Positions 23,776-37,110 of a DNA stretch of 64,000 bases are shown in pieces. The stretch is from Camelus ferus (Eukaryota), in the NCBI RefSeq assembly GCF_009834535.1, contig NC_045696.1:103790001-103854000 (forward strand), in the 5' to 3' direction. Made by a program: the position numbers and the translations under genes. The notes beneath the pieces are model-generated. The model made no database searches. It saw nothing but the letters and a program-made list of their open reading frames with translations, and had not been told where the DNA came from. Positions within the stretch are counted from its first letter, which is position 1. Each line of letters begins with the position of its first letter.

Positions 23776-26700
23776 CCAGGCACCACGGCAGTAACTCATC
23801 TGGATGGATGGGGAGAGGGGACTGGGATCCAGTACTTCAAGCTAAGTTCCCCAACAGTGGCAGGAAGAGGTGGCAGAAAACAAGAAGAGAGAGCCATTTC
23901 CAGGACCACTAATTATGCAGCTGCATTTCCAAGTCTTGGGCAGCCTAGGGCCTGGGCCATTTGAAAGTGCCATACAGAATGGAAAACATCACCACGATCA
24001 TAAATTAACAAAACGCTAAACCACATTACCCTCAAAATATAGGTGAGAGCTTTGAAGGGCTGAAAAGGCTTTTGGTTAATTCACTTTCTAAACTAAACTA
24101 ATTTGCTATGAAGCTAGGATTTCATCTCTAAGATACTATGGCCCTTTTCTCCTCACCACCTTAGTAGCTTCCAAACCAAACAGTATATCAGCATGACAGC
24201 AACGACAGCACGGGATTGGTTATTTCTATTTTTCAAAATGTTTCTTAGGAACAGGCAATGCTCCCAGTCACCAGCATTAAAGAAAGTTCAGTTACACCTT
24301 CCTTCTCATCACCTACCAGGGTCCCAAAACCTTCACTGAGACCGGACTGCCCTCACTTTTACATTGATATCTGTTCTGTCATTAAAGTCCTACTCTAACC
24401 TGTTACTCTTTGTGTTGGCTCCCTGACACACAAAGGTTTCCTACCCTTTAACAGGAATATTTCCCGTCTTGGCAACAGGGTTTGCATGGCCAGAAGGTCA
24501 ATGGCATGGGGGAGGGGAGAGAGGGAGGGAGAGGGGAGGAACCAGGTGCTTTCTTAAGGTTAAAGTCACAGCCAGGAGACAGTAGCCTTTCAGAATCAGA
24601 TTCTTAGTGTCATCAAAGCCACCCCATCATACACCCCTACAGCATAATGTAAGAGGCACCCCCTCAGCCTCTCCCAAGACTGCCCCAAAGTACCTCCTAG
24701 CTAGTAAGTCCACGAGGACCAATCTCTATGCAAGTCTGTCTCTGTGCTCCGCCAGCGTCTAGAGTAGTGCTCCCCGAACACTACTGTGTGTGAGTCAGTG
24801 GGGATCATGTTAAGTGCATTTTCTGGCACAGTGGATTATGTACATGTGGTCCATCCTCAGTTATGTCAGGCTAGGGATGGTGGAGGTACACAACCAAGTT
24901 CAACGTTTAAGGAAGCCAAGTTTCTGTATCTGCTGGGGAAATGGCAATAGTTATAATGGCGATGATGATGATGCCAATGACAATAAAAGCTAATATTTAC
25001 CGAGCACTTTCTACAAGCCAGGCCCTGTGCGAAGTGTTTTACAGACATTATGACTCACTTAGCACCATGAGAGCTGACGAAAATGAGAGTGATTAAAAGA
25101 TGTTTAGAAAAAAGGGAAGGCATTATAAATTCCAGGATGTGCAGAAGGTCATTCAAGTGTCAACAGAGAGAGGACAATTCTCACATTGTCCCAGTCTAGG
25201 ACTAGTTAGGAAGTTGCTAACTGCCTGATATTTCACAAAGCATCCTTGGGCCACGCAGGTCAATACCATAGACCAGGTATATCAAGAAATGCCTGCCATC
25301 CTCTGCTGTCACCCCGTGGCCCAGTGCCATCCAGGTTAGCCTCTGCAGGCTTGGCTTCTTTCAGCTGCCTTGGGAGTGACATGCCCGGAAAAGGAGGGGC
25401 TCCCTTTGGTGGGTTCTTCCTGTTCTGTCCCGAGATGGGCACACTGAGTACTGGGAAGCTTAATCAAGGCTGCTATGTCTGATGCCTCTCCAGATGTCCT
25501 CGGACACACAAACTGTGTTCCATGGCTGACTCTCCTAACAAATCACTTTGCCTGTATGAGACGGACACACTTCATTTCAAAGTTGCTCTTTTATTTGCTG
25601 TGACACAGAGAAGATTCAATGGCTCTGAGTTTTTCTTGGGCTGGGTCTTGGAGAGCTTCAAGCCCAATGCTCTGCAGGAAAAGGCTGGGCAGGCTGCCAC
25701 TGAGGAAATCCAGACTGGTGGATGGAGTCAGATGGCGTAGCTCTACAACTGCTGTGCAAAACAGCAGGCCAAAGGCTGAACTCGGCCAGCAGAACGGTTT
25801 CATTCAGTCCATGGTATTTTAGAAAGGTTTAATGCCCCCAGTTTGCCACGATCTAACCACTCTATCTTCTGATACCCAGCCCACACTGAACATTCATATT
25901 ACCTTCTGGTCCCTGAATGTACCTGAATTTTAGACCCTAATCTATAACATAAGGACAGATCACGTAAGCCTGTAACATTTCAGTCTCTGTACTGTGAGTC
26001 ATCATCTTCCTAAAATTTAAATGGTGAGATATCAGTATTCAAGCTTTCAAAACTACCAAAGTATTCCATCTTAAAGAATGGTAGCTGGGAGAAGCCTTAA
26101 CATGGAATATATTTGGGTCGCATAATGTTTCTTCAGAATCCCTCCAGTTTGTTCCTTCCCATGTGGAAAGTTTCCTAATAGATGAATTCTGGGGGACAGG
26201 GGGACAGGTATCAAACTCACTTTACTTCAAAGTCATTTAATGATAGAGTCTGCTCAAGCTTCGAGAAGGACATGGTAACTCCTAATGAGCCCTCCACACA
26301 ATCAGACTCACAGTCTCAGAGGCACGCAGCTCTCCATTTCAAAAGCGGGTTCCCCATTCATCACGAGCAGGTGATGTAACGAGGGAAGCAGTAATTGCTG
26401 AGCAGGTATAGCCACTTAGTGGCTCAAAGTATTCTGAATTGATATCACACTCCATCACTGCATCACACAGACAATACCAATTCTAAAACCTAGATCACAG
26501 GAATGGAGCCTGGAGGTCAAACAGTGGGGTCGACATGATAAAGCATACCCAGCAAGATCACAAGCGTCCTCGGGGAATCTCTGAGAAGTACTCAGTGGAA
26601 CAATGGCGGTCAACCCAAGGAAGCAAATCCCGCTCTAGAGATGTTGGGAGGTGGGGGGCAGTGCAGAGCTGATCCCTTTAGTCTGGACAGCAGTGTAAGC

Positions 26701-27382
26701 CTCTGCATGCTGGTGGGGACCTCCTGGAGAAGAGCTGCTGATGCTCTTGCCCTGCTCCACCAGGCCCCCTCCCCACCATTAGACAGTCCCCCATTCATGG
26801 TGGTTCCCCACTTGGTTCCAGACACAAAACGCCAATGTAGAGAGATCATTTTTATGGAGCACTCAGATATTTGAGTCCACGGACATACTTTCCTTGCACA
26901 CACATTTCCTCCTCCCCGGTTTTCCACAGTTCCACCTCCCATTTTTCCAGTTTGAAGCCACTGCTGGCAACACTGCAATCTCTGGAGGGAGGCCAGGCAT
27001 GGCCGCGCACATCTCTGAGGCAGCACAGGATTGTGAAACAGTCACCTCTACCCAGACACAGGTGACTTGCAGAGCTGTCAAGCAAGCCCACCCGCCGATC
27101 TCACCTACGCCCAGAGGCATAGAAGCTTAGCTTTTTTGTACTGCGGAAATGCTACAAAAAACTCTGGCCAGTCACACAAATGGATGCACAGTGGTTTAGA
27201 CAAAAGAAATCAACTGGGGAAAACTGTTGGGCGGAGGGAGGGAAGAGTATTAAAGAACTAAGTTCCAGTTAGCTTTAGCCAATTTTACCCTGAAAGAAAT
27301 TTAATTAAAACTAAATGAAGGTTTCTGGCAGTAGGTATCCAAACAGTTCCCCCTGCTCACCTGTTTTACAGTGAAATTATCT

Positions 27383-27396
27383 GGGGGGGGGGGGGG
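27383..27396. repeat. G14 homopolymer
   Basis: Directly visible. Confidence 0.9.
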
Positions 27397-28342
27397 TGAG
27401 GGGAACAGGGAGCAGTTACATCAATAACTATGTTGTCTGTATTTAAAAGAAGTAAAATTCCCAAAACAAACCCAAACCCACTGCAGATAAAAACCCACAA
27501 TAGGCTGTTTAGAAAAATTATGCTTTAAATATACGGATCTAAAAAAAAAAAAATCTACAGAACAGGCTGTTCTGCAGAACAGCTCGAGTTTCTGCCTGTG
27601 CTTTCATTTTAGAAAACAAATGCTCATAGACTCCACAGGGGGAGGAGTTTAACCCAGGGATTCAAACTCACAGAAAATGGCCACCGGGTTTTAGAAACCT
27701 GAACACAACAAGCAGGGCACTCAAGGGACCTTCTGGGAACACAGGGCCCGTACCTTTCACAGGAGTCCTTGTCTAGAGACAGATAGAACCTTTTTTTCCG
27801 ACCAGTAACATAAATCATGGCCTCCAAAGTATTTGTTTGCTGAACGCCACAATGACTAATCACCCGACTTTTATTATCCTCCCTGAATAAGGGAACCTCG
27901 TGGGGGGAAAAATAGGTCATTTTTAATACAAGGTAGCTGCTAGGATTGGAGGGAAGACTCCCCCCGTTTAAGCTTCATAAAAGCTTAAACACACACACAA
28001 GACCTCAAAAAGTATTTCCTAAAATAGAGAGAAGCACAAATCATCTTATCAGAAACGCCTATCATTAAATAGAAAAGAGTCTTAAAATAGACCATTCAAA
28101 CAGGGCACAAAGCTCTTGAGTGATTTCCTGCAAAACGTCAAAAGCAAAAACAAATATTGAGACTATTAAATAAACAATCAAACAAGGTAAGAACTTGCTT
28201 CGTAGCGCATATTCATTTAGGAAGAAATGTTCTCCAGGGTAATTTACGGTGCTCCTGTGCAAAAAGCCCGCTTACAGCGTAGAATGGAGAAAGAAACTCC
28301 AGAATTGCTAGACCTTGACAGGAAAAATTCTAAAGGTCAGGC

Positions 28343-28395
28343 TTTTTTCTTTTTCTTTCTCTCTCTCTCTCTTTTTTTTTTTTTTTTTTTTTTTT
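28343..28395. repeat. (CT)n plus long poly-T tract
   Basis: Directly visible. Confidence 0.85.
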
Positions 28396-31300
28396 AACCC
28401 GATTTAGCACAGCACCCGGGGAAGGCCAGTTCTCTAATGTCTGAGTAAAACCCCATTCTGCCACGTCATCTATTTTTCCGCCTATCCTGGTGCCTTCTGC
28501 TGCCTCAAAGTGGTCCTCCCACCCCTTCCCATATTAGAGCAAAGGTAGAATGTGCATTCGCCCAAGGGAAGGGCAGTGCACACCACAGGAGGCATTCGCA
28601 GCAGGCACCCAGAAAGCTGACATGACTGGCTACTGCCTCCCCTGGTGAGCATCAAACACCCCGAGACCCAGGGACCCCTGCTCCCCAAGTTCAGGTCAGA
28701 GACTACAAGACCGGAATAAATAAGTATAAGCAAGCGCAGACCAGAATGCCGAGGTTTTGAAAACAGAAAATCCTCACTTTGGTCTAGAAGCGATTCCGCG
28801 TCCTATTAGAGTTAATCAGAAATCTCCATGCTTCCATGAAAATGCATGTATGTTTGGGGAGACTGATTCTGAACATTGTGGTCTCTCTTGCCTGGCACGA
28901 TAATAAATTCACTTTTGTTTTCACTGAATTGCTGGCCTTATTACCCAGTTGTAATCAACTCTACAAATAATCAGAAGTCGTTCTAACACACAAACAGGAA
29001 AAATAACACAAACAAAACGGGACCTAGATACAATATCCGACTCACAAAGCAGGAAGTGGCAGCTTCTGTCTGTCTCACCTGGCACAAAGCCGGCCTTCAG
29101 GGGTTGCTGCAACAACCCCAGGATGTGTCTCTAGGACTCGAACAGCTACTGGACTTCTCACGATAACAAGGCACCCTGGGATGAACACACGCAGAGGAGG
29201 GACCAACAACATGGGGTGTGGAAGCTGGAAGCTGGGTCTTCATACTCCCCGAGAAAATGTTTCATTCCTCTCAAAATTAAATCATTGCAGACTTGAGCAA
29301 TTTTCACTTAAATAAGAGAGGAAAAATGCTTTAAAAAATAGGAAACAGCTTTCTTCCTCTCCCAGATTAAAAAGAAATGTTCTTGACTACCTTAATTGAC
29401 AAGAGTCCCAGTGCTTCAAACGGGATGGGAGGTTCATGTTGTGGTGTCCTTCCAGCCACGTCTGCTAGAAGCCCAGCAGGCATCATGGGCTGCTCTCTCC
29501 AACAGAACAATCCTGCCACCTCCTTAGGCTTTGCGCGCTGACTACCATCTCCTGCTCTCCTGACAATCTGCCTTAGGACAGGACCTACCCCTTTCTGCAG
29601 AGACCGTACTGAACTGGACAGGGGATACTGGCTTCTGTTCCGTGTTTGCCACTAGCCGTGTGACCCTGAGCAAACCCTATGAATTTCCCTGGACTTCCGT
29701 ATTCTTATCCGGAATGCAAAGAGGTTGGGCTAGTTTATTTCTAAGGTTCTTTCTTGCCATAAACTTTAATACAGGGATTTCCTACCTCCTATTCTGTCAC
29801 CTTTTGACTGATTCCCAATCAATCCTTCCAAATAAGAATTCTTATTTCCTCCAAAGCAGACAATCTCTCCCACCCTTAAATTCATGCACTTTCCTCAAAA
29901 GCGTACGGGGTAAAAGGCAGAATCCAAAGTCTAGCCAGTACTAGTATCTCTCTGAGGACAGTTGGAAGGAGCTTTGCAATCAGGACCCCTGGCAGACCTC
30001 AAACATGGAGTTTACCACCTGCTTGTCTCAGTCCCTCCACTTTTCTGTCAGACAGGAAGTCGAATTACTGCACTGAAGAGCTGGAAGGAAGCTTTGTCAT
30101 CATTGAGCCAAACCTTCTCTGGTTACAGGTGAGGAAACCAAGCCAGAAAAGTTACATGATTTTCTTTCCCAAAGTTACACAGTGGGTCACAGGGACAAGT
30201 TCCAGGCCTCCTGTCTTGCTTCTTACACTGTGGTCTTCTGCATCCCCCAACACCCCCTCTGCAGGGCTCAGTGCTATTCCCTTGTTCCCTGCAGACTTCC
30301 CTGGGGCCTCACAGGGTAATCAACAAACACTTACTGTGCACCTCTGGGCAAGCCCCCAAGGAACTGCTTTAAACTTTCAAAATGCTAGAGTGACTCTGGG
30401 AACATTCAGCCCGGCACAAGGACAGTGACAGCTATAGTAAGACACTGTTCTTATCAGTGCAGAAATCCATTGGTGTTTCCACTTTAAAAGAAAAGCCTGC
30501 AGCAGCACTTAGATGGTAGATAAGAACAGGTGAGAAAGATAAGGAAGCCCCATGAGGGTGGGGTCCTGATCTGATACCTGGCATAGTTGATCTTTGTTGA
30601 AAAATTCAAGTTTGCACATTACCTCTGTCCATTTGCTTCTTGTCAAAAATTCTGAGGTTACTGTAATATCAGGGACAAGGGTCTCTAAGTCATTATCAGG
30701 AACAATGATCTATTTCATACTCATAATATGTAGCTGGAAAAACAACATGTGATGTGGTGAGAGGAGGCTGGACTTTGAAGTCAGGTAAGAGCCCAGGGTG
30801 TGGGGGAAAAAAAAAATCTCATCTCTACAGCATTACTGAACCTCTTTGCATCAACTTCCACCACACCAGGTTATCTGGAGGTTCTAATAAGATGGCTGAG
30901 ATAATGCACATAAGGTACAGAATGGACTCCATGAAAGTCAGTTCTGTTTTTCTCCCCTTCAGGTTAGGGGTATAGACAGAGAAAACCTTATTCTAGGCAT
31001 GGCTCTAGGCCACTGGCATCCTGCTCCAAAAGAACTAACCCATCAGTGAAATGCCAACCATGTTATGAAATGACTCAGTATAGTTTTAATAAATATAGCC
31101 CTGTTAAGTCACCTGATTTTTAAATTATATACCAGGAACATAAAGCACAATTTAATATACACAAGTCAAATATGTTTTATATTCTCCATACACAGCTTAA
31201 CACCAACCATGTAAATACACTTCAATCCTTTTGCAAAGAAGAGCGCTAGGAATAGGAGGGAAGAAAGGATAAATTATTCTCTCATCTATAAAATTAGGTT

Positions 31301-31849
31301 GGGATAGAGGAACAACATGAACTAGCCTAAAAATTATGATTCCAAGATGCAGAGAATGAGAGGAATATAATATAATGACATAGATGTTTATCAACCAGAA
31401 GACACAGAGTCAGATAGACAAATCCATCACAATATTTTACTGGCATGACTGTGCTCTGTTACTGCCATTAAATATATTATTGGTAACAACATTCAGGTTA
31501 CACTGGTTTTGCAAACTCTGGGCATAGGGTCAGGGTGTCACCACTTACTCCACAGGAAAAGAAGCTGACATGGGGGCTGTGTGTTGCTCAGTACCGCTGT
31601 GGATACACTGCAGATGGCGATGGTGGCGGGGCAATAACACCACCATTCCTTGACTAGCTGGGATCCATTTGTTTCATCTTATTACAAATATAATCCATGA
31701 ACATTAATAATACAGATACAAAGCTTTTGAGCATCCACATGTCTTTAATAGAAACTGGATCTGAAATCATCAGCCTATCAAGGCTCAGGTCTACTCCCTT
31801 CCTCTACTTCCTAGAAACTGGCATTTGTTGATCTTCATCACAGCTGTGC

Positions 31850-31965
31850 TTGTTTAAAATGAAGATTCTCAGGGGTCCCATCTGAAATTTACTGAGTTAG
31901 AATCTCTGTGCCAGGGACCTGGGAACCTACATTTTAACAAAAATCCCCAGATGGATTCTTGTCTA
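31850..31965. mobile_element. MER5-like fragment
   Basis: ttgtttaaaatgaagattctcagg...actgagttagaatctctg...acattttaacaa. Confidence 0.65.
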
Positions 31966-32719
31966 TATGAAATTGCAGGTCACTTAAACTCTCACAGGAG
32001 GCATGCACTTTCCATGACAAAATTAACACATTAAAATGAATCGTAAAGGTAAGGCTCTGCCTGTAGAAGATCATTATGCAGAAATGTACATACCTAAAGA
32101 AGGTTGTAAGGGGAAGGGAATCAGCATCTATTAACTGCCTGTTATGATATAGATCCTGACCAAATTATATATTACTCAATCTTCAAAATAATCCTATTTG
32201 AGTGATGGATGGAAAAAGTTAGGCTTAGAGAGAGAGTAACTTTTCTGGAGTCACAACCCTGGAAAATAGCCCAGCTAGGTTGTGAAACTAGATTTATCTG
32301 ACCCCAGCCTTCTCATTCCATTGTCCTAAGCTCATATGCCCATGAAAACACACATACATTCTCTCTCTCATGTATTACAACAGCCATATGGCAAAAGGCA
32401 AAATAAAAATTTAATTACTGTCAGAAACCTTTGCATCAACAGCAATGTAGTTTTTAAAGAATTATCTATCACCGGATATTCTTTGGTCGGTCTGTTGACC
32501 ACAGAATAAAGTGTACGACTAGTATCAAAATCACATTTAACTGCCTGAATTGTAGTACTCAGAAGTGTGATTACTAGAGGCTTACTAGGGTCAAATTTAA
32601 CAGTGATTCTTGATGTGTGCAAGCTACAAATTTTTGCAGACGAAACCACTTGATATTCATTCTGCAAGTCACAGTGCCTTACAAAGGAAAATGCCAACAA
32701 ATGTGTGACCTAGCACTTG

Positions 32720-33340
32720 TCAATCCAATGGCCTTCCTGGGCCACCCCTCCTCCCCTTCCTGAGTCTGACACTCCAGGCTCCCTTCTCTGGGAAACCCCC
32801 TTCTTCTGGCTTCTGGAGCCCTATTCTCTTGTTCTTCCTCACTCTCTCGCCAGACTTTTCTCTAGGTCCTCCGTAGGTCCTTCTTTTCTCATCCAATTCC
32901 ATCCTCAAGCTTTTCCTCCCTATATCCTCCCACTGGAATATCTCCTCTCTCACCTCTTGACTTCTAGATCCCAGTGACTCCCAAACTAGCCCTGGCCTTT
33001 CTCTGGGTTGCAAATCCCCAGATCATCTCAGGGACATTATGCTTCAATACTTCAAACTCAGCACCTCTGAAAATGTAGCCCGTCACCTCCATCTAAGCTG
33101 TCTTCCTGGGTACCGCTGCTCTGGATATCTCAGCGCCAGCTTTAGCTGCTTCTTCTCTACTCTGAGGGCAGACTGTGTCAGTTCTTTCCTTCACATCTGC
33201 TCCCTTCCCGTTTCACTGCTGTCACCATTTCCGGCCTTCTGCTTGGTGAACTATGGTACCCTTCTAACTGCTCTCCCTGTCTCTGCGCTCTGCCCTGCCT
33301 GTCCTCCCCATCTCATGGCAGGTACTCAATAAATATTTGC
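32720..33340 (+). mobile_element. Degenerate L2
   Basis: Pyrimidine-rich L2-like body ending ggcaggtactcaataaatatttg. Confidence 0.55.
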
Positions 33341-35067
33341 TGTAACATTTCTAGAACTCCTAGGAGTCTGCAAAGCACATTCATACTCAGCATCTCATTT
33401 GTTCCATTTGGAGCTTAAGTTTATTACAAGTGGCATTTAAGGCTTACAATCTGATTTCTGCTACTCAATGCAATTATTGGAGCTATCTCTAACTCTGCAC
33501 CTTGTAAATTCAAGTATCCCTTAAATTGCTTTACTTTTGAACACTCTGAGTCTTGGGTGGCCTACAAGCTAAAAAATTAGAGCATTTTAAGTCAAAGAAA
33601 ACCCCCCACCCCTGGCCAAACTGCTTTTTACTCTGCCTATAGGTTAAGTGTATAAATAAAAGGCCTCTAAATGTAGGTGATGGCAAAAATCAAAATTTAA
33701 AAGAGAAGTAAGAAATTCCTTTCTGAGGATTTTAAGATTTTTAAAAAAGATTTTCCTGTTTATCCAGTTGGAATCCTATTTATGCGTCAATCTCCAACAT
33801 CCCTAGAGCTGATAGTCTAGCATGTTAACAGAGAATCTCTAACAGCTGAACAATAATTCTTTGCTAAGAGACTGATGATGGCTAATACCAAGATTGTAAA
33901 AACACAGTAATGTATTTGGTCTTGAATATCCAAGTAAGTTCCTTGTAGGAGCTCAATAAACATTTGTTGAATGAACAAATAAATACATGAATTCAGAGAC
34001 GGTCTTACTATTGTTTATAAAGTGAAAGTATAAATTTTCATAGATGGATAGAATTGTATGTTAAATTTGAAAAAAATGAAAAATTGCATTGAGGGTAAGA
34101 ACTGTGGTATATCAACTACTCTGGCCTCTTCTGTGACAGATCTCTCTCTGACTGTCAGAGAAGCAGGTGGAGGAGAGAGGGGTGTACGTCAGGCGCGGCC
34201 CACCTGACTCCGCCTCCTTGGAGTCAAGGTTACAAGCTCCTGGAGGGCAAGCACTGTCCCTGCAACTTTATGGTCCTAGCATTGTGCTTTGCCTACAGAA
34301 TGTACACCCTAGATGTATATGAGATGCAAAGCCCTCCATGACCTGCCTGCATTTTCACATTTCAATCCTTCACATCTATCCTTCCTTATTTCGCAGTGGT
34401 GTTATGAGGAGTAAGTAAAAATACAGCACTTAAAGCCCTTAATGCACTGCCTTGCACACACACACACACACAAAAGGGCTTGACAAATGATAGTTGTTAT
34501 TATCACCATCTGGGGCTCTGTGGAGGCCTCAAAGGTGGAGCTCAGTGTGCCGGGCTGTCAATACTTGTCTGTGCAAACTGCGAGCGTATGGGGGTGGGCT
34601 CCTCAGGCTTGTATTCTCAGTGTCTAGCACAGTGCTCACCCTACAGCAGGCCCAGAAGCCGGCTGCCTGACTGAGCAATCGAGATCCAAGCTCCAGTCCT
34701 GCCCCTACGCCACTGGGTCTCCCTGAAGAGTCATTCAAACTCTCCGGATCTCAGTGACGTCTGTAGGTCCTTCTGGCCTGAAGAAGCCAGAAGAGACTTA
34801 CAGGCGCTCCCACGACAATCACTGGCAGAACAGGAACGAGAAACCAGTTGGCCTGAAGCCCCGTTCACTTAGTTCCCTATTCATCACAGGGCCCTCACAC
34901 ATCACAGTCTCCTTAATAACAGTTCGCTTAAATGTCATTGTCACTTTGTAATCCCCAAATCTAGTGGATCCCTGGCCCAAATCGTAAGCCCCCTGAGAGT
35001 CATTCAGTTCCTCAGAGAACCCATTCCCTATTGCATGTAGACTACGGAGAGATGCAAATTCAGTTAC

Positions 35068-35172
35068 CTCAGTTAGAACAGACCAGCCTTAACAGAGTTA
35101 GTTTTTCGTGCTTTGGAAGAAATCACTTGGAAATCCTTGGTTCTGAGTCCTCCATCTTCTCCACATTGAGGT
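35068..35172 (-). other. ZBTB38: 105-nt 5'-UTR exon of ZBTB38
   Basis: Acceptor ctgttctttctttttcttttttatAG| with a very long pyrimidine tract; donor GAG|GTAACT; lies just downstream of the CpG island. Confidence 0.8.
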
Positions 35173-35254
35173 CTATAAAAAAGAAAAAGAAAGAACAGCG
35201 TTCCATGACTAGCTGTCAGGATTAATGTATCAGCAACAACTGAGTTGCAATTAG

Positions 35255-35480
35255 CATGTGTACTGAATACCTACTGTAAGTCAATCACTGGGCAAAGTGA
35301 TTGACATACGTGACCTCATATAGTCTTCAGGTTGTAGAAGACATTCCCCCATTTTATAGCTACACAAAAAAGAGTCTCCGAAAGGTCAGAGAATCTGTTC
35401 AAGGTCACAGAGCCAGTTTATGTTAGACCTGGGACTTAAATGCAACTTCAACTGATTCCAAATCCTGGGTTATTAATCTG
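35255..35480 (-). mobile_element. MIR
   Basis: tactgaatacctact...cccattttatag...caaggtcacagagc. Confidence 0.7.
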
Positions 35481-35954
35481 TAAGTTAAGCTTTAAAAACT
35501 TTTTGACAGAGACCTACCATTTTTAAAAATCACATTATATAAACTGAAACCCCACAGTCTGAAAACAATGCTTACTTTTACTACGCGTAGTGCACCCATA
35601 TTTTCCAGTCTATTCTATTCTTTTCTATGTTGTATTACATATTTTATCTCTTTTTTCATAATCTGGTAGTAACCCACTAAACTGATTTCACAATCTTCTA
35701 ATGCGTCCCTACTCTCATTAAAAAAAACACTACACCCAGATAATAGTACCTCAGGAGAAGCTTCTCTGAAGCCGCGTACTTAATCCTCTTACGCTTTTTA
35801 ACCATGAGAACCTGACCGAGTTGTTGAGCTTCATGATTAGGAGAAAAGTCTTTTAACCTTTAAAATATGTATAAGGCACCATCATACGTATCATCCATAA
35901 TGGATCCTTAGGAGAGAGACTCAATTTAGGCCAAAGTCCAGAATGGAATTAGTC

Positions 35955-35963
35955 ACTTACCTA
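35955..35963 (-). promoter_or_regulatory. Strong splice donor at the downstream edge of the CpG island (candidate first-exon donor)
   Basis: TAG|GTAAGT, exon ending at 35961. Confidence 0.5.
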
Positions 35964-35979
35964 TAGCAGAGGAGTTACA

Positions 35980-37110
35980 AAGTGGAACCGCGGACAGACT
36001 AAAATCTCAGGTGATTTACGATATTCCCTGCAAAGAAGTGGCTAACAGCGGGCGGTCGTGTTGTACCAACACTGGAGACCTAACTACTGCAGAAGTAGGA
36101 GGCTGAGATTGCAAACCCCTGGGGGCAGGGCCCTGCCTTTGCACGTCCCATTCAATTCAAGGGGCTTGGTGTTGAAGCAAGGAAAATCTTCAGATGCCGG
36201 ATAGGTCCGGACGGGGGTCCGAGTCGCAGTCCAGGGGACTGGAGATGGACTGTCAGCTCAGTTCCTGAGTCTGCTGGACCGGAGCCCGTCACGTCCCCAG
36301 CCCTTGGGTGCGCATTTGTCCCCGGCCCCCCGCCCTCTAGCACAGCCGCGCAGATGGGCCACTCGCTGCGGTGCGAAGTGCCCTGACTCTGCGGTTGGAA
36401 CCCCCTCCCCCCGGGCGCGGGCCCCGGCGTCCGGGCACCTGCGGGCGCTCGGTCCCCGCAGCAGCTCGGCTCTTAAGCGTCCGCGGAGCTCCCAGTCCTG
36501 CGCGAACGTTCCCTGGCCGGGTTTCGAGGCTCCCTCCTAGGAGAGGAGGGGTCAGGCCGGCCGCGCCTCTCCCACCCAGCCCGGACACGGCCCCGCGATG
36601 GCACTTACAGGGCTCCACCGCTGCCCCGCGAGCGCGTTCCCCGGGGGTCCATGGCGCTTCCGGACCCGCGAGTCAGGCCGCGGCGCCGCGCAGCACCGCC
36701 CAGAAAATGGACGCCGGCTGCTCGGCTCGGCCGGCCCGGCCCGCCCCCGGCGCGGGGTCGGAGACGCGGCCCGGCCGGGAAGAGGGCTCCCCGACCTCAG
36801 TCGCGGGCTGGAGTGCCAGGGACCAACGTGCCCAGCACCGGGCCTCGGGAGGACCGCGGCGGGGCTGGGGAGGAGGGAAGCACCACCGCTCGGCGAGGCC
36901 CCAGATCCTACCTGGGTGCGACGGGGGTGGAGGGACCCACGACACCTCAGATGCCATCAAGGGGGGCAGCGGCCTCCACCTCCCTCTTCTCGGGGGAGAA
37001 CACAACTGGCAACCTGCCGCAAGGACAACCCAGTTTGGGGTCTTTGGCCACAGAGCCTGTCACTATCAGAACCAGGCCTGGGTCCGCAGAGGGGTCCCTG
37101 GGTTCCGGAT
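35980..37110. promoter_or_regulatory. CpG island, probable internal/alternative ZBTB38 promoter
   Basis: Very GC- and CpG-rich relative to CpG-depleted flanks; GC boxes (ccgccc near 36696 and 36741); further minus-strand donor-like sites at 36609 (CCT|GTAAGT) and 36912 (CAG|GTAGGA). Confidence 0.85.
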
